This document shows positions 34,519 through 43,734 of a stretch of 64,000 nucleotides of DNA, one piece after another; within the stretch, counting starts at the first letter, position 1; each line of letters starts with the position of its first letter. The stretch is taken from assembly GCA_003154195.1 (NCBI GenBank), contig PMCS01000018.1, positions 44,773-108,772 of the forward strand, written 5' to 3'. The notes under the pieces are model-generated. The model saw only the letters and a list, made by a program, of their open reading frames with translations, was not told the DNA's origin and did not search any database. The position numbers and the translations under genes were made by a program. Origin of the DNA: Candidatus Omnitrophota bacterium. Lineage in GTDB: Bacteria > Omnitrophota > Gorgyraeia > Duberdicusellales > 4484-171.

Positions 34519-34544
34519 AAATAGTACGAATAAATTTTTAAATC

Positions 34545-34660
34545 ATTATAGAATATTGTAGGGGCGGATCCGTGTATCCGCCCGTTACGATTTATTTTAT
34601 TATCATTGAATATTTTATTATTTTGTAACGGGCCGACACATAGGTCGGCCCCTACGATAT
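34545..34660. repeat. gtaggggc...gcccctac palindrome, copy 1
   Basis: tgtaggggcggatccgtgtatccgcccgttacgat...gtaacgggccgacacataggtcggcccctacgat. Confidence 0.6.
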
Positions 34661-35095
34661 TTATTTTTTCGCCGCGCCCTGTTTTACTTTTTCGATTAAT
34701 TTAACTACCCCCGCGATAATCGCTTCCGGCTTAGGCGGACAGCCCGGTATATAAATATCCACGGGAATTACCTTATCGATCGGCAGCGGGCAATTATAAC
34801 TATCAATAAACATACCCCGGGATAGCGAGCATTCTCCGATGGCTACGACGAAACACGGTTTGGGCGCCTGCTCGTAAACGAGCTTTACGCGTTCCATGGC
34901 TTGCCGGTTTCCCGATCCGGTGACTACCAGAATGTCCGCGTGGCGGATGCTTCCGACAAGTTGTATCCCAAAACGCTCGACATCGAAGCGCGGCGTCAGG
35001 CAGTCCAACAACTCGATGTCACAATTGTTGCAGCTGCCGGTCGATAAATGAAAAATCCAAGGAGACTTTAACAACGCTTTTGTTTTTATGTTCAT
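34661..35095 (-). CDS. Group 4 [NiFe] hydrogenase small subunit (NuoB-like, EchC/MbhJ)
   Basis: GSCNNCDIELLDC, DILVVTGS, GECS, GCPPKP, the NuoB-type [4Fe-4S] ligands. Confidence 0.85.
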   Translation of the reverse strand: MNIKTKALLKSPWIFHLSTGSCNNCDIELLDCLTPRFDVERFGIQLVGSIRHADILVVTGSGNRQAMERVKLVYEQAPKPCFVVAIGECSLSRGMFIDSYNCPLPIDKVIPVDIYIPGCPPKPEAIIAGVVKLIEKVKQGAAKK

Positions 35096-35099
35096 ATAT

Positions 35100-35215
35100 G
35101 TACCAAAATTTATATTGTAGGGGCGGATTCGTGTATCCGCCCGCTAGGATCTATTTTATGATTATCGGATATTTTGTAACGGGTCGATACATGGATCGAC
35201 CCCTACAATCAAAAT
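35100..35215. repeat. gtaggggc...gcccctac palindrome, copy 2
   Basis: attgtaggggcggattcgtgtatccgcccgctaggat...gtaacgggtcgatacatggatcgacccctacaat. Confidence 0.6.
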
Positions 35216-35216
35216 A

Positions 35217-36140
35217 TTACAATCCCATCATCGCTAACGCCACCGCGATTATCGCGATAGCCGTCACCGGCCCCCAGAAGAATCTCAGCGCCTGATCGAT
35301 CCGCACACGGGGGTTGGTATTGCGGATGACGGTTATCAGGACGACGACGGCAAGATATTTTAAAAAACCTAACGCAATTCCCGCGGCGCTTTGTGTTTGC
35401 CAGCCGCCCATAAACATCAATACCAGAAAAAACGGCAGTATAAAAAAAAGGATACTTTTGGTTAATTTAAAAGCGGCTAAGGTTTTTCCTGAGCATTCGA
35501 TTAGCGGGCCGCCGATGATCTCCGTTTCCGCTTCCGCGATATCGAAAGGCGCCAGTCCCAGTTTTGCCTGGACGCATAGCAGGGCTGCCAAAAATGCCAA
35601 CAGCCCCGAAATGCCGGATATAAACATCCCGTGGTGCCGTATCGTTAATATCTCCCCCAGTTTCAGGGAATAGCCGCTTTTTATTATCGGCACAAATATC
35701 GCCAGTATAAAGGGAAGTTCATAACCTAAAATAAGTTTCATTTCCCGCGATGAGCCTAAACTTGCCAGGGGATTCCCTGAGGCAAATCCGGTAACGATAA
35801 TAGCGAGCGACGGTATCGTCAAAAGATATAGCGTAACGATTAAATCGCCCAAAAACGTTTGCTGAGGGTTAATAGTGTTTATCCAGAGAATAGTTGCCGT
35901 CACCATGACGCTCGCCAGGCCGATCAGCGGCGCGCCCAGAAATATCGCGCGCGAAGCACTTTCGGGGATAAGAGTTTCTTTACCCAGAAGTTTCACGATA
36001 TCGGTCAGCGGCTGCAGTAACGGCGGCCCGACGCGGTATTGCAGCCGCGCCGTAACCTTGCGGTCAACCCAGCTGGCGAATAGTCCAATTCCCGCGCTTA
36101 ATATAAAACCATAAATGAATAAATATATTAGGTAAACCAT
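35217..36140 (-). CDS. NuoH/HycD-like membrane subunit (EchB/MbhM)
   Basis: WVDRKVTARLQYRVGPP, the NuoH signature; 8 TM helices. Confidence 0.85.
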   Translation of the reverse strand: MVYLIYLFIYGFILSAGIGLFASWVDRKVTARLQYRVGPPLLQPLTDIVKLLGKETLIPESASRAIFLGAPLIGLASVMVTATILWINTINPQQTFLGDLIVTLYLLTIPSLAIIVTGFASGNPLASLGSSREMKLILGYELPFILAIFVPIIKSGYSLKLGEILTIRHHGMFISGISGLLAFLAALLCVQAKLGLAPFDIAEAETEIIGGPLIECSGKTLAAFKLTKSILFFILPFFLVLMFMGGWQTQSAAGIALGFLKYLAVVVLITVIRNTNPRVRIDQALRFFWGPVTAIAIIAVALAMMGL

Positions 36141-36144
36141 AAGA

Positions 36145-36262
36145 ACCTACTCGGCTTCGGTAACCGTTAATCGGTTGCGTAGCTCGTTACGGTTATCGTC
36201 TATCGTGTTTTGCCGATAGCCGAATAACGATTAACGATTCGAGTTACGCAACCCTTTAACGC
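36145..36262. repeat. Imperfect palindrome built from taacg/ttacg units
   Basis: cggtaaccgttaatcggttgcgtagctcgttacgg ... ccgaataacgattaacgattcgagttacgcaacc. Confidence 0.5.
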
Positions 36263-36263
36263 T

Positions 36264-36830
36264 TTACGCTTTATCTCTATCCCAGTGTATCGAATGAACG
36301 ATCAAGTTATCGCCCGCTAAAAATGTATTTTTATCCAACTCGCTATCGGCCTTAACTAGTTTTACCGCGCTATAGGGACAAGTCTTTATGCACAGCGGTT
36401 CGTCTTTTTCATTTCTCCGGTCAAGACAAAAGTCGCAGGCGTGGATTAAAAACGGGACACTCTCCGGATAAATCGTGCCGTAGGGGCAGGCGTGCGAACA
36501 TGATTTACAGCTGACGCAGCGCATATTATGGCGAATCAGTAATTTGTTTTTATCTTTTTGCTGTTCAAGAGCTTCCCGGGGGCACGCCGCGACGCAGTGC
36601 GGTTCTTCGCAGCGGCGGCAAACCAGAAAATACGTTGCCAGCTCTCTGATAGAAGTAATGCCGTTATTGCCCTGGTTTTGACGGTGATATAAATAACTGC
36701 ATTTTATCACGCATTCTTTACAGAGGCTGCCGGAACAGATATCGAGATCGACATAGAGCCGCACGTCGTTTCCTTTCTGCGGGGTTACGTTGGTTTTTCC
36801 TTCGTGTATTTGCTGCGCGCTATTATCCAT
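36264..36830 (-). CDS. Polyferredoxin-type Fe-S protein
   Basis: Multiple Cys clusters: CKECVIKC, CRRCEEPHCVAACP, CVSCKSCSHACP, CDFCLD...CIKTCP. Confidence 0.7.
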   Translation of the reverse strand: MDNSAQQIHEGKTNVTPQKGNDVRLYVDLDICSGSLCKECVIKCSYLYHRQNQGNNGITSIRELATYFLVCRRCEEPHCVAACPREALEQQKDKNKLLIRHNMRCVSCKSCSHACPYGTIYPESVPFLIHACDFCLDRRNEKDEPLCIKTCPYSAVKLVKADSELDKNTFLAGDNLIVHSIHWDRDKA

Positions 36831-36928
36831 AATTTTTTGCTCCGCAAAAAATTATCCGCATCCCCTTAGGGATGAGGAGAGACATTAAAATTGTTATTGA
36901 ACTTTTTTTCAGTTTTCGTTTTCTGCAA

Positions 36929-36984
36929 ATCCGCTCGTAGGCGGATTTATTTCTAAAATGATTATGCGGTTTACCGCATAATCA
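36929..36984 (-). terminator. Tandem stem-loops downstream of 36987-37874
   Basis: aaatccgctcgtaggcggattt and aaaatgattatgcggtttaccgcataatcatttt. Confidence 0.5.
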
Positions 36985-36986
36985 TT

Positions 36987-37814
36987 TTAGTCCCAGAGCT
37001 CATGAAAATTCTTTATCTGGTTATAGGTAAACACCGGTCCGTCTTTGCAGCAATAGTATGTTCCCAGGCGGCAGTGGCCGCATTTGCCGATGCCGCAGGA
37101 CATATTTTTTTCCATCGAAAGATAAAGATTATCTTCCTTAAAACCGAGCCCCAGTAATTTCAGGGTTACAAATTTCATCATGATCGGCGGCCCGCAAACA
37201 ATAGCTATGCCGCCTGGGCAATCCATTTCCAAATTTTCTAAAATTGTCGTAACCAGGCCGACATTGCCCTGCCATCCTTCTTCGCTTTTATCGACCGTAA
37301 TTTTAAAATCCAGCGCGTGCTGTTTCGGCCATTCGCTGATCTCATTCTTATATACCAGTTCTCTGGGATTTTTACAGCCGCCGCGAAAAATAAGATTTTT
37401 CAATTCGCCGCGCATTTCAAAAAGAGTATACATCAGGCTTCGGATCGGGGCAAAACCGCAGCCGCCGCCTACGACCAGGACTTCCCGGTTTTTGAATTTA
37501 TCGGTAGGATAACCGTTGCCCAGGGGGCCGCGCACTCCGATAATATCGCCGGGTTTCAGCAAGTGGATTTTCGATGTTACCTTACCGACTTTCATCACCG
37601 TCACTTCCATGATTTCTTTTACCGACGGCCGCGAGGACGGCGTAAAAAACGCTTCTCCGGACCCGGGAATAGTAATCGCGACAAATTGGCCGGTGCGAAA
37701 TTCCATTAGTTCCTTAGGCCGGAAACGAATGGTTATAATCGTAGGCGTTTCCGGGATAACTTCAAGCACCTGCGCTTCGATCGGCCGATAAGGATTCTCT
37801 TCTTTGCTGGGCAT
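36987..37814 (-). CDS. FAD/NAD(P)-binding [2Fe-2S] oxidoreductase subunit (PyrK/AsrB/sulfhydrogenase-gamma-like)
   Basis: Ferredoxin-reductase fold (RFRP...GQFV; GPLGNG; VVGGGCGFAP). C-terminal CGIGKCGHCRLG...C [2Fe-2S] motif. Start set at MPSKEEN. Confidence 0.75.
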   Translation of the reverse strand: MPSKEENPYRPIEAQVLEVIPETPTIITIRFRPKELMEFRTGQFVAITIPGSGEAFFTPSSRPSVKEIMEVTVMKVGKVTSKIHLLKPGDIIGVRGPLGNGYPTDKFKNREVLVVGGGCGFAPIRSLMYTLFEMRGELKNLIFRGGCKNPRELVYKNEISEWPKQHALDFKITVDKSEEGWQGNVGLVTTILENLEMDCPGGIAIVCGPPIMMKFVTLKLLGLGFKEDNLYLSMEKNMSCGIGKCGHCRLGTYYCCKDGPVFTYNQIKNFHELWD

Positions 37815-37874
37815 CAGCGTTACTCCATCAAAACATTTTAAATTTAAGAATAAAAAAAGGTAATCAGAAACCAA

Positions 37875-37995
37875 AACTTTTGTCCACAGATTTCACTGAT
37901 TTTCACAGAAACTATGGATCAAGGTAATGTTAAAAAGCGAAATTAAAAAATTAATCTGTAAAATCTGGGCAATCTGTGGACAGGGTTTATTGCTT
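37875..37995. repeat. Inverted-repeat element gtccacagattt...aatctgtggac inside the operon
   Basis: tgtccacagatttcactgattttcacagaa ... aatctgtaaaatctgggcaatctgtggacag. A second copy is at 43935-44080. Confidence 0.55.
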
Positions 37996-38000
37996 TAACG

Positions 38001-39029
38001 TTATACTGTTAAATCCACCAGTTTCCTTAATATTCTACGTATATCTATTTTCGCCGGGCAGGCCGAAATACAGCGGCCGCAGCCGGTGCAGGCGTAAACG
38101 CCGGCAACCTTGGGAAAATAATCAAACTTTTTCTCAAACCGGTTGCGCAGCCGCATCCATAACTTTTTACGCGGGTTAGCGCCGCCGGCGACCCGGGCAA
38201 AGTCCTTTATCAGGCATGAATCCCAGATGCGTAAACGATCCATATTCTTTTCGTCTTTCTGGTCGTAAAGCAAAAAACAGTGGCAAGTCGGGCAAATCGT
38301 ATTGCAGGCGCCGCATTCGACGCAGGTCTTCGCTTCATCCTGCCATAACGAAGCGTCATAGTTTTTATCGATGATTTGTTTATACCGCGTTTGATCGGGT
38401 ATGCTGTTTTCTTCGATATTTTTTTCCACTTGTTTTATCATATTGCTTCTCAAGGTTTCTTTTTCTTTTAACAAGCTATCGCCGGCTTGGGATACCAGCG
38501 CGGAAAATTTATCCACGACGCCCTGTCCTTTCGTTGAACCGATTTCTAAAATAAAACCACCGGCAATCGGAGAAAGATTTAAATCATAATCTTCCTGGGG
38601 GTACGGTTTTATGCCTAACGCTAGACAGAAGCAGGTATCGATGGCGCAGGTGCAATCGCAGGATAATATCAGATTATCGCGCCGCGCTTTAAGATAAAAC
38701 GGGTCGGGATAATCATGGTTGCGGAAAACATGGTCTTGAACTTTGAAGCCTTTTAAATCGCAGGCTTTTACGCCGACGATGCAAAAAGGTTTTTTCCCAT
38801 CCTCGGGCATTTCCGGACGAAAATCGCGCGCGATGGTTTCCCGGGCGCGGGAAAAAAATGCCTTCATCGGTTCGAACGGCCGGACTTCGCCCAGGGTTAT
38901 ATTTTTATCTAAACTGCGATAAGGCTGGTAATAACGCTGGCGGCCTTTTTTTACGGGGGCATAAACTAAAAAATCGTCCCCCAGTTTATCGAGCATTTTG
39001 TATAAATTATTCGTAGCTATATATAGCAC
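38001..39029 (-). CDS. Fe-S subunit, AsrA/sulfhydrogenase-beta-like (4Fe-4S dicluster)
   Basis: CVECGACNTICPTCHC and CTGCGRCISACP motifs. Pairs with the PyrK-like gene as in AsrAB/HydBG. Confidence 0.7.
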   Translation of the reverse strand: MLYIATNNLYKMLDKLGDDFLVYAPVKKGRQRYYQPYRSLDKNITLGEVRPFEPMKAFFSRARETIARDFRPEMPEDGKKPFCIVGVKACDLKGFKVQDHVFRNHDYPDPFYLKARRDNLILSCDCTCAIDTCFCLALGIKPYPQEDYDLNLSPIAGGFILEIGSTKGQGVVDKFSALVSQAGDSLLKEKETLRSNMIKQVEKNIEENSIPDQTRYKQIIDKNYDASLWQDEAKTCVECGACNTICPTCHCFLLYDQKDEKNMDRLRIWDSCLIKDFARVAGGANPRKKLWMRLRNRFEKKFDYFPKVAGVYACTGCGRCISACPAKIDIRRILRKLVDLTV

Positions 39030-39040
39030 GATTTTCCTGT

Positions 39041-39709
39041 TTATACCCCGTCAGGTTGCGCGGAGGCGGTTAATTGTCCGACGACTCCGGTTTTGATCAC
39101 CGCGTTGGCAAAATAAATCGTATTTTCCAATTCCAATACCAGGTTTACGTTATTGATTACGACATTCTCGGGGCCATGCAAACGCATGGGCGCGAAATTT
39201 AATATTCCCTTTACACCGGCTTGGATCATGGTATCGGCAATTTGCTGGGCGGCAAAGTCGGGAACCGCGATGACCCCGATTTTAATCTGGTTCTGGCGGA
39301 TGAAATTTTCCATTTCGGCGATGGGAAAAACCGGTATTTCTCCGGCCGCGTTTTGCTTTACGGTATTGATGTCAAATCCCGCGATAATTTTAATACTTTC
39401 TTTTTCGAAACCTTTATAATTCAGCAGAGCGGTTCCGATATTACCGATGCCGGCTACAACGACTTTATGGATTTCATCTTTTCCTAATAGCCTATTTAGA
39501 TTATTGATAAGGTCGTCGATTTGATAGCCGCCCTTGCGGGTTCCGGAAATGCCGAATTGAGAAAAGTCTTTACGTACCTGTGTCGCGGTAACCCCCACGG
39601 CATCGGCTAAATTATCGGAAAAGATTTTAACAAATCCCAAAGATTTAAGCCGGTATAGAGCATTTTTGTACCGCGATAGGCGAATTACACAATTTTTGTT
39701 GGTTTTCAT
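39041..39709 (-). CDS. rex: Redox-sensing transcriptional repressor Rex
   Basis: Winged-helix N-terminus (IRLSRYKNALYRLKSLGF..ISGTRKGGY). Rossmann NADH site VVAGIGNIGTAL. Confidence 0.85.
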   Translation of the reverse strand: MKTNKNCVIRLSRYKNALYRLKSLGFVKIFSDNLADAVGVTATQVRKDFSQFGISGTRKGGYQIDDLINNLNRLLGKDEIHKVVVAGIGNIGTALLNYKGFEKESIKIIAGFDINTVKQNAAGEIPVFPIAEMENFIRQNQIKIGVIAVPDFAAQQIADTMIQAGVKGILNFAPMRLHGPENVVINNVNLVLELENTIYFANAVIKTGVVGQLTASAQPDGV

Positions 39710-39796
39710 TGTGGGTATTATATGTTCTTTTTTTCACAACATTGGATAAAGTATACTACATGATTATGCGTAGTCAAGCATTTTTTGTGATTTTTA

Positions 39797-40903
39797 TCAC
39801 ATCGAAACTAGTATTTCCTGTGCTTTTTTGAAAACTTCCTGGGGGGTAATCGCGCTCAGGCAGAGAAATTCTTTTACGCAGTTGTGGGCGAGGCAATTCC
39901 GGCAGCCGACATCTTTATGGAGATAAAACGACCGTATGCCGACTGGTTTCCAGCGGGTCGGCGAAATCCCCGGGTTCTTACGGCTGAAAATAGCGATTAC
40001 CGGAGTTTCCATCGCCGCGGCGATATGCGCCGGGCCTGAGTCGTTAGAAATTAAAAGAGCGCCGCGTTTCATCAGGGCGCCGGTTTCCGCCAGGCTTAAG
40101 CGGCCGCGCAAGTCAATCACGCCACACTCGCTTACTAAACGTTCAGCCAAATTTTTATCTTCCGCCGCGCTGATAACCGCTATTTTGTATTTAGTATCTT
40201 TTTGTAACAATCTGATTAATTGTAAAAAATAGTTTTGCGGCCAACGTCGCGAGGGACAAGAAGCGCAAGGATGGATGATGATTATTTTTTCTTGAGGCGC
40301 GACGCCTTTTTCTTCCAGTACGGCATTTACCTTATTAATTGAATCTTCCCTGATGGGGAAAAAAATATTTTTGTCTTTGATGGGTATGTTTAAGGCCCGT
40401 AATAAATCCAGCGTGTATTCGATTTCGTGTTTTACCCCTTCCTGTTTTAGGTGAGGGATTTTTTTTGTAAGGAGCCAGCCGTTTTTTTTATCCCAACCGA
40501 TCCGCTGAGGTATGCCGGCCAGGAAGGAGATGATATGAACGCGGTTGGTAGGATGCAGGATGATCACCCAATCGAATTTCTTTTTGCGTAAATAAAACGA
40601 GAATAAAAAGGAATGGAATAAACTATTTTGTTTTTTATCTTTGTCGTAGAGCACTACTTCATTTAAATCGGGATTAGCCTCAAAGATATCTTTAGCATAA
40701 GGCCGGCACATAAATGCGACATACGCTTTTGGATAGGCCAGGCGTATATTTTTGATAACCGGCGTGGAAAGAATCGCGTCGCCGATCCGGTCGGTGCGGA
40801 CGATCAGGATACGTTTGGGGTCTTTTTTTGGGTTTATTTTAAAATTATCATTTAGCATTGGACATTTATCATTTTTTAAAAATTTAAAATGTGTAATGGT
40901 CAA
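39797..40903 (-). CDS. ADP-heptose:LPS heptosyltransferase (GT9)
   Basis: ILIVRTDRIGDAILSTPVI; C-terminal NDSGPAHIAAAMETP. Confidence 0.8.
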   Translation of the reverse strand: MTITHFKFLKNDKCPMLNDNFKINPKKDPKRILIVRTDRIGDAILSTPVIKNIRLAYPKAYVAFMCRPYAKDIFEANPDLNEVVLYDKDKKQNSLFHSFLFSFYLRKKKFDWVIILHPTNRVHIISFLAGIPQRIGWDKKNGWLLTKKIPHLKQEGVKHEIEYTLDLLRALNIPIKDKNIFFPIREDSINKVNAVLEEKGVAPQEKIIIIHPCASCPSRRWPQNYFLQLIRLLQKDTKYKIAVISAAEDKNLAERLVSECGVIDLRGRLSLAETGALMKRGALLISNDSGPAHIAAAMETPVIAIFSRKNPGISPTRWKPVGIRSFYLHKDVGCRNCLAHNCVKEFLCLSAITPQEVFKKAQEILVSM

Positions 40904-40922
40904 TGAACAATTTAAAATGAAA

Positions 40923-41849
40923 TTACATTAAAATGTTTTCCACGGCGGTGGCAACAAGTTCGGCGTCTATTTTCATGCAGACATTATTATAACCGCAGGA
41001 CATCATATCGCACGGCGCGATGGGGCAATCGCGATTGGTCAAAACTACCGATTTATCTGAGCTGGGACGGCTTCGTTCCGGCGGGGTCGGGCCAAATAAC
41101 GCTACGCAGGACGTGCCCAGGTAAGACGCCAGGTGCAAAATGCCGGAGTCAACCCCTACCAGGGCCATTGCGTATCGCGAAATGAGATGGGGTAATTCCC
41201 ACATCTGCGTTTTACCTACTAAATCGATAACGTTACCTATCGAAAGAATATCTTTATAGAAATCCCGCTCGCTATTTTTCCCTAATATGACAAGGGGATA
41301 TTTTTTATTCATCCGGCTGACCAGCGCTTTTATCGATTCGTAAGGATATTGTTTTAACGACGAAAGCGATGTGCCGGCGATAAAGATTGCTTGCGGTAAT
41401 TTTAATGCGTCGAGCCTGCTCTCTTCTTCTTTTGTAAGGATGAATTTACCAGGCAAAGAGCTTTGCCGGCCGGGGACACATTCCTGGGCAAGTTTTAAAT
41501 ATTTATCTTTCAGGTGCATATTTTTCGGGTACTTATTACGCCGGAAAGGCGTCCGGTTTTTACAATTGATCAGCGCCGGAATCGCCGTATTCTTAAAATC
41601 GACGGCGACCTCATATTTTCCCCATAATGACAGGACAAATTTAATTTTTTTTCCGATGCCGGCGCGCTTATCGAATAGAATTGTTTTGTCTACATGGCTA
41701 TGGCGGGAAAGCATATCCTTTGTCGCCTGGGACGCAATCGCCGTTATTTTATCACCGGGGCAATTCACCTTAATAAAATCGAGCGCCGGCAGCGCCATAA
41801 ACACATCGCCGAGGTTAGTGGGAAAATTGATCAAAATTCTTTTATCCAT
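40923..41849 (-). CDS. Heptosyltransferase family protein (GT9)
   Basis: NFPTNLGDVFMALPALDFIK; VDSGILHLASYLGTSCVALFGPT. Confidence 0.75.
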   Translation of the reverse strand: MDKRILINFPTNLGDVFMALPALDFIKVNCPGDKITAIASQATKDMLSRHSHVDKTILFDKRAGIGKKIKFVLSLWGKYEVAVDFKNTAIPALINCKNRTPFRRNKYPKNMHLKDKYLKLAQECVPGRQSSLPGKFILTKEEESRLDALKLPQAIFIAGTSLSSLKQYPYESIKALVSRMNKKYPLVILGKNSERDFYKDILSIGNVIDLVGKTQMWELPHLISRYAMALVGVDSGILHLASYLGTSCVALFGPTPPERSRPSSDKSVVLTNRDCPIAPCDMMSCGYNNVCMKIDAELVATAVENILM

Positions 41850-41928
41850 AAATTCGGCCTAAATAACATTTCGGCGCGTGGCCGAATTTATCCGTGATAA
41901 TCAGTGTTAATCAGTGGCTGAAACACTT

Positions 41929-42954
41929 TTATTGTTGCGGTGATTTTTTCGCCGCCAATATTTTTTTTGTTTCCGCCAGCACTTCCTCCACCGTAATTTT
42001 TTTCATGCATAGGTTATCCGCGCAATTTGTTTTATAGCACGGGATTTTGCAGCCAACGCTCGAGTTTATTATTTTTACCGCTTGGCCCCGGGGGCCGGTT
42101 AATTCTTTCGCAGTAGGCCCGAATAAGACAAGGGTATTAATACCCATGGCAGCAGCTAAATGGGCCGGTCCGGAATCATTAGAGATAAAAATGTCGCAGC
42201 CGCTGATTATAGCGGCTAAGTCTCTTAAAGTTGTCTTACCGCATAAATCATAGGGTTTCATGCGTATACCGGACTTGACTTCCTCGATGAGTTTGCGTTC
42301 TTTTTCCTCGCCGATGAGGACAATCCCGCAATTTGTTTCCTTCACAAGAGTATCGGCTAATTTTGAAAAGTTTTCCGCCGGCCAGCGTTTTAAATCCCAA
42401 TTGGCTGAAGGGTTGAGCCCTACGATAAAAGCATTGCGCTTACGCGTTTCGCCAAAAAAATCAGCGTATTTTTTTTGCTCGTCGGCAGTGATAAAAACTT
42501 CGCCGGATTTATCCGTTACAGGTATGCCGTATTTTTCAAAAAGGCCAAGGTAGTAATCTTGCCGGTGAATATTTTCTGCCGGCGGATCGATCCGGTTGGT
42601 CAGCAGCAAGAAGTTTTTGCTCCGGTTGTAGCCGACGCGCGTTTTTATCTCGGCGAGAAAACAAAGAAAAGCACGGGTCCATGAGCGATGGATTAAAAAT
42701 ACGGTATCGAATTTCTTTTTCTTAAGGGTAAGGATTAATTTTATCTTAGCGAACAGACTCCGGCCGTTATCTCGCTCGTCAAAAGTAATTATATCATCGA
42801 TAAAGGGGTTATTCTGGAAAACTTCCCGCGTGCGTTCCGGAGTCATCACCGCTGCATAAGAATCCGGATATTTATTTTTAAGCGCGCGAAACGCCGGGGT
42901 GGCCATAACGCAATCCCCCAGCCAATTGGGCGTGACGACTAATATTCTGTTCAT
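41929..42954 (-). CDS. ADP-heptose:LPS heptosyltransferase (GT9, WaaF/WaaC-like)
   Basis: ILVVTPNWLGDCVMATPAFRALK; NDSGPAHLAAAMGINTLVLFGPT. Confidence 0.8.
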   Translation of the reverse strand: MNRILVVTPNWLGDCVMATPAFRALKNKYPDSYAAVMTPERTREVFQNNPFIDDIITFDERDNGRSLFAKIKLILTLKKKKFDTVFLIHRSWTRAFLCFLAEIKTRVGYNRSKNFLLLTNRIDPPAENIHRQDYYLGLFEKYGIPVTDKSGEVFITADEQKKYADFFGETRKRNAFIVGLNPSANWDLKRWPAENFSKLADTLVKETNCGIVLIGEEKERKLIEEVKSGIRMKPYDLCGKTTLRDLAAIISGCDIFISNDSGPAHLAAAMGINTLVLFGPTAKELTGPRGQAVKIINSSVGCKIPCYKTNCADNLCMKKITVEEVLAETKKILAAKKSPQQ

Positions 42955-43047
42955 TTTTATTTAGGGTAACTGGGCTGCCTCAGGGTGAAGCTCCAAGGGA
43001 GCGGAACCCTGAATAACAAGAGGCCAGCGCCGTTAGGCGGTGGAGCT

Positions 43048-43233
43048 TCACCAACCGATTTTTTTTAACCGCTGCCATATTGCTTTATTTTGCGCCGGCA
43101 CGGCTTTTACAAAAAAAGCGTTAAGCCGCTCCAAAGAATTGAGTTTTTCCTTGGCCGGCAGAGCCATATAATTCTTTAAATCATCAAGATTATAATAATC
43201 ATCTGCGTTTTTTTCTTTCTTTTTCGCTTTCAT
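43048..43233 (-). CDS. Small ORF overlapping the NTase 3' end via an A-run (possible frameshift extension rather than a separate gene)
   Basis: Overlap lies in gaaagcgaaaaagaaagaaaaaaacgcagatga. Product is a basic 61-aa peptide. Confidence 0.25.
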   Translation of the reverse strand: MKAKKKEKNADDYYNLDDLKNYMALPAKEKLNSLERLNAFFVKAVPAQNKAIWQRLKKIGW

Positions 43234-43720
43234 TCTTTAGCTCCCGTATTTTCATTAAAGCTTTAATGTCAATCTTGTCTCTTTCCCGGCCGGCTTTTTT
43301 CTTTAAAACAATTAAATCATTTATTGAGATAAGCGGTATTTTTATCTTGTCGGCGCAGACTTCTTGCCGCCGCTTATAGGCTTGATCGAAGTCAATATAT
43401 TTAACTACCATAATATCAATGTGTTCTATCGGATCGGCGGGATTGTAAAGCGAAAATACCTTCATGTGTTTTTCTTTTACCCACTTTTGCCTTTTGGCGA
43501 CATCGGCTAATTCTTCAATTTTAACAGGCACCCCGGGCTTTAAGCCCAAGGCTTTTGCCATTGTTATGAATTTATTCAGGTTGGTTTTATTAAAAAAAAG
43601 TATAATATCTAAATCGCCGGTTGCTCGATAAAATCCATGAAGGTTTACCGCAACCCCGCCGATAACGAGATATTTAATTTTTTTATTTGCCAATTCTCTG
43701 AATATCCGCTCAAAAATCAT
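43199..43720 (-). CDS. Nucleotidyltransferase-fold protein (putative toxin-antitoxin/abortive-infection-type NTase)
   Basis: KYLVIGGVAVNLHGFYRATGDLDIIL, the minimal NTase motif (G-x-a-x(n)-h-G-x(n)-D-h-D). Confidence 0.5.
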   Translation of the reverse strand: MIFERIFRELANKKIKYLVIGGVAVNLHGFYRATGDLDIILFFNKTNLNKFITMAKALGLKPGVPVKIEELADVAKRQKWVKEKHMKVFSLYNPADPIEHIDIMVVKYIDFDQAYKRRQEVCADKIKIPLISINDLIVLKKKAGRERDKIDIKALMKIRELKNESEKERKKRR

Positions 43721-43734
43721 ATTTATATTTTACC

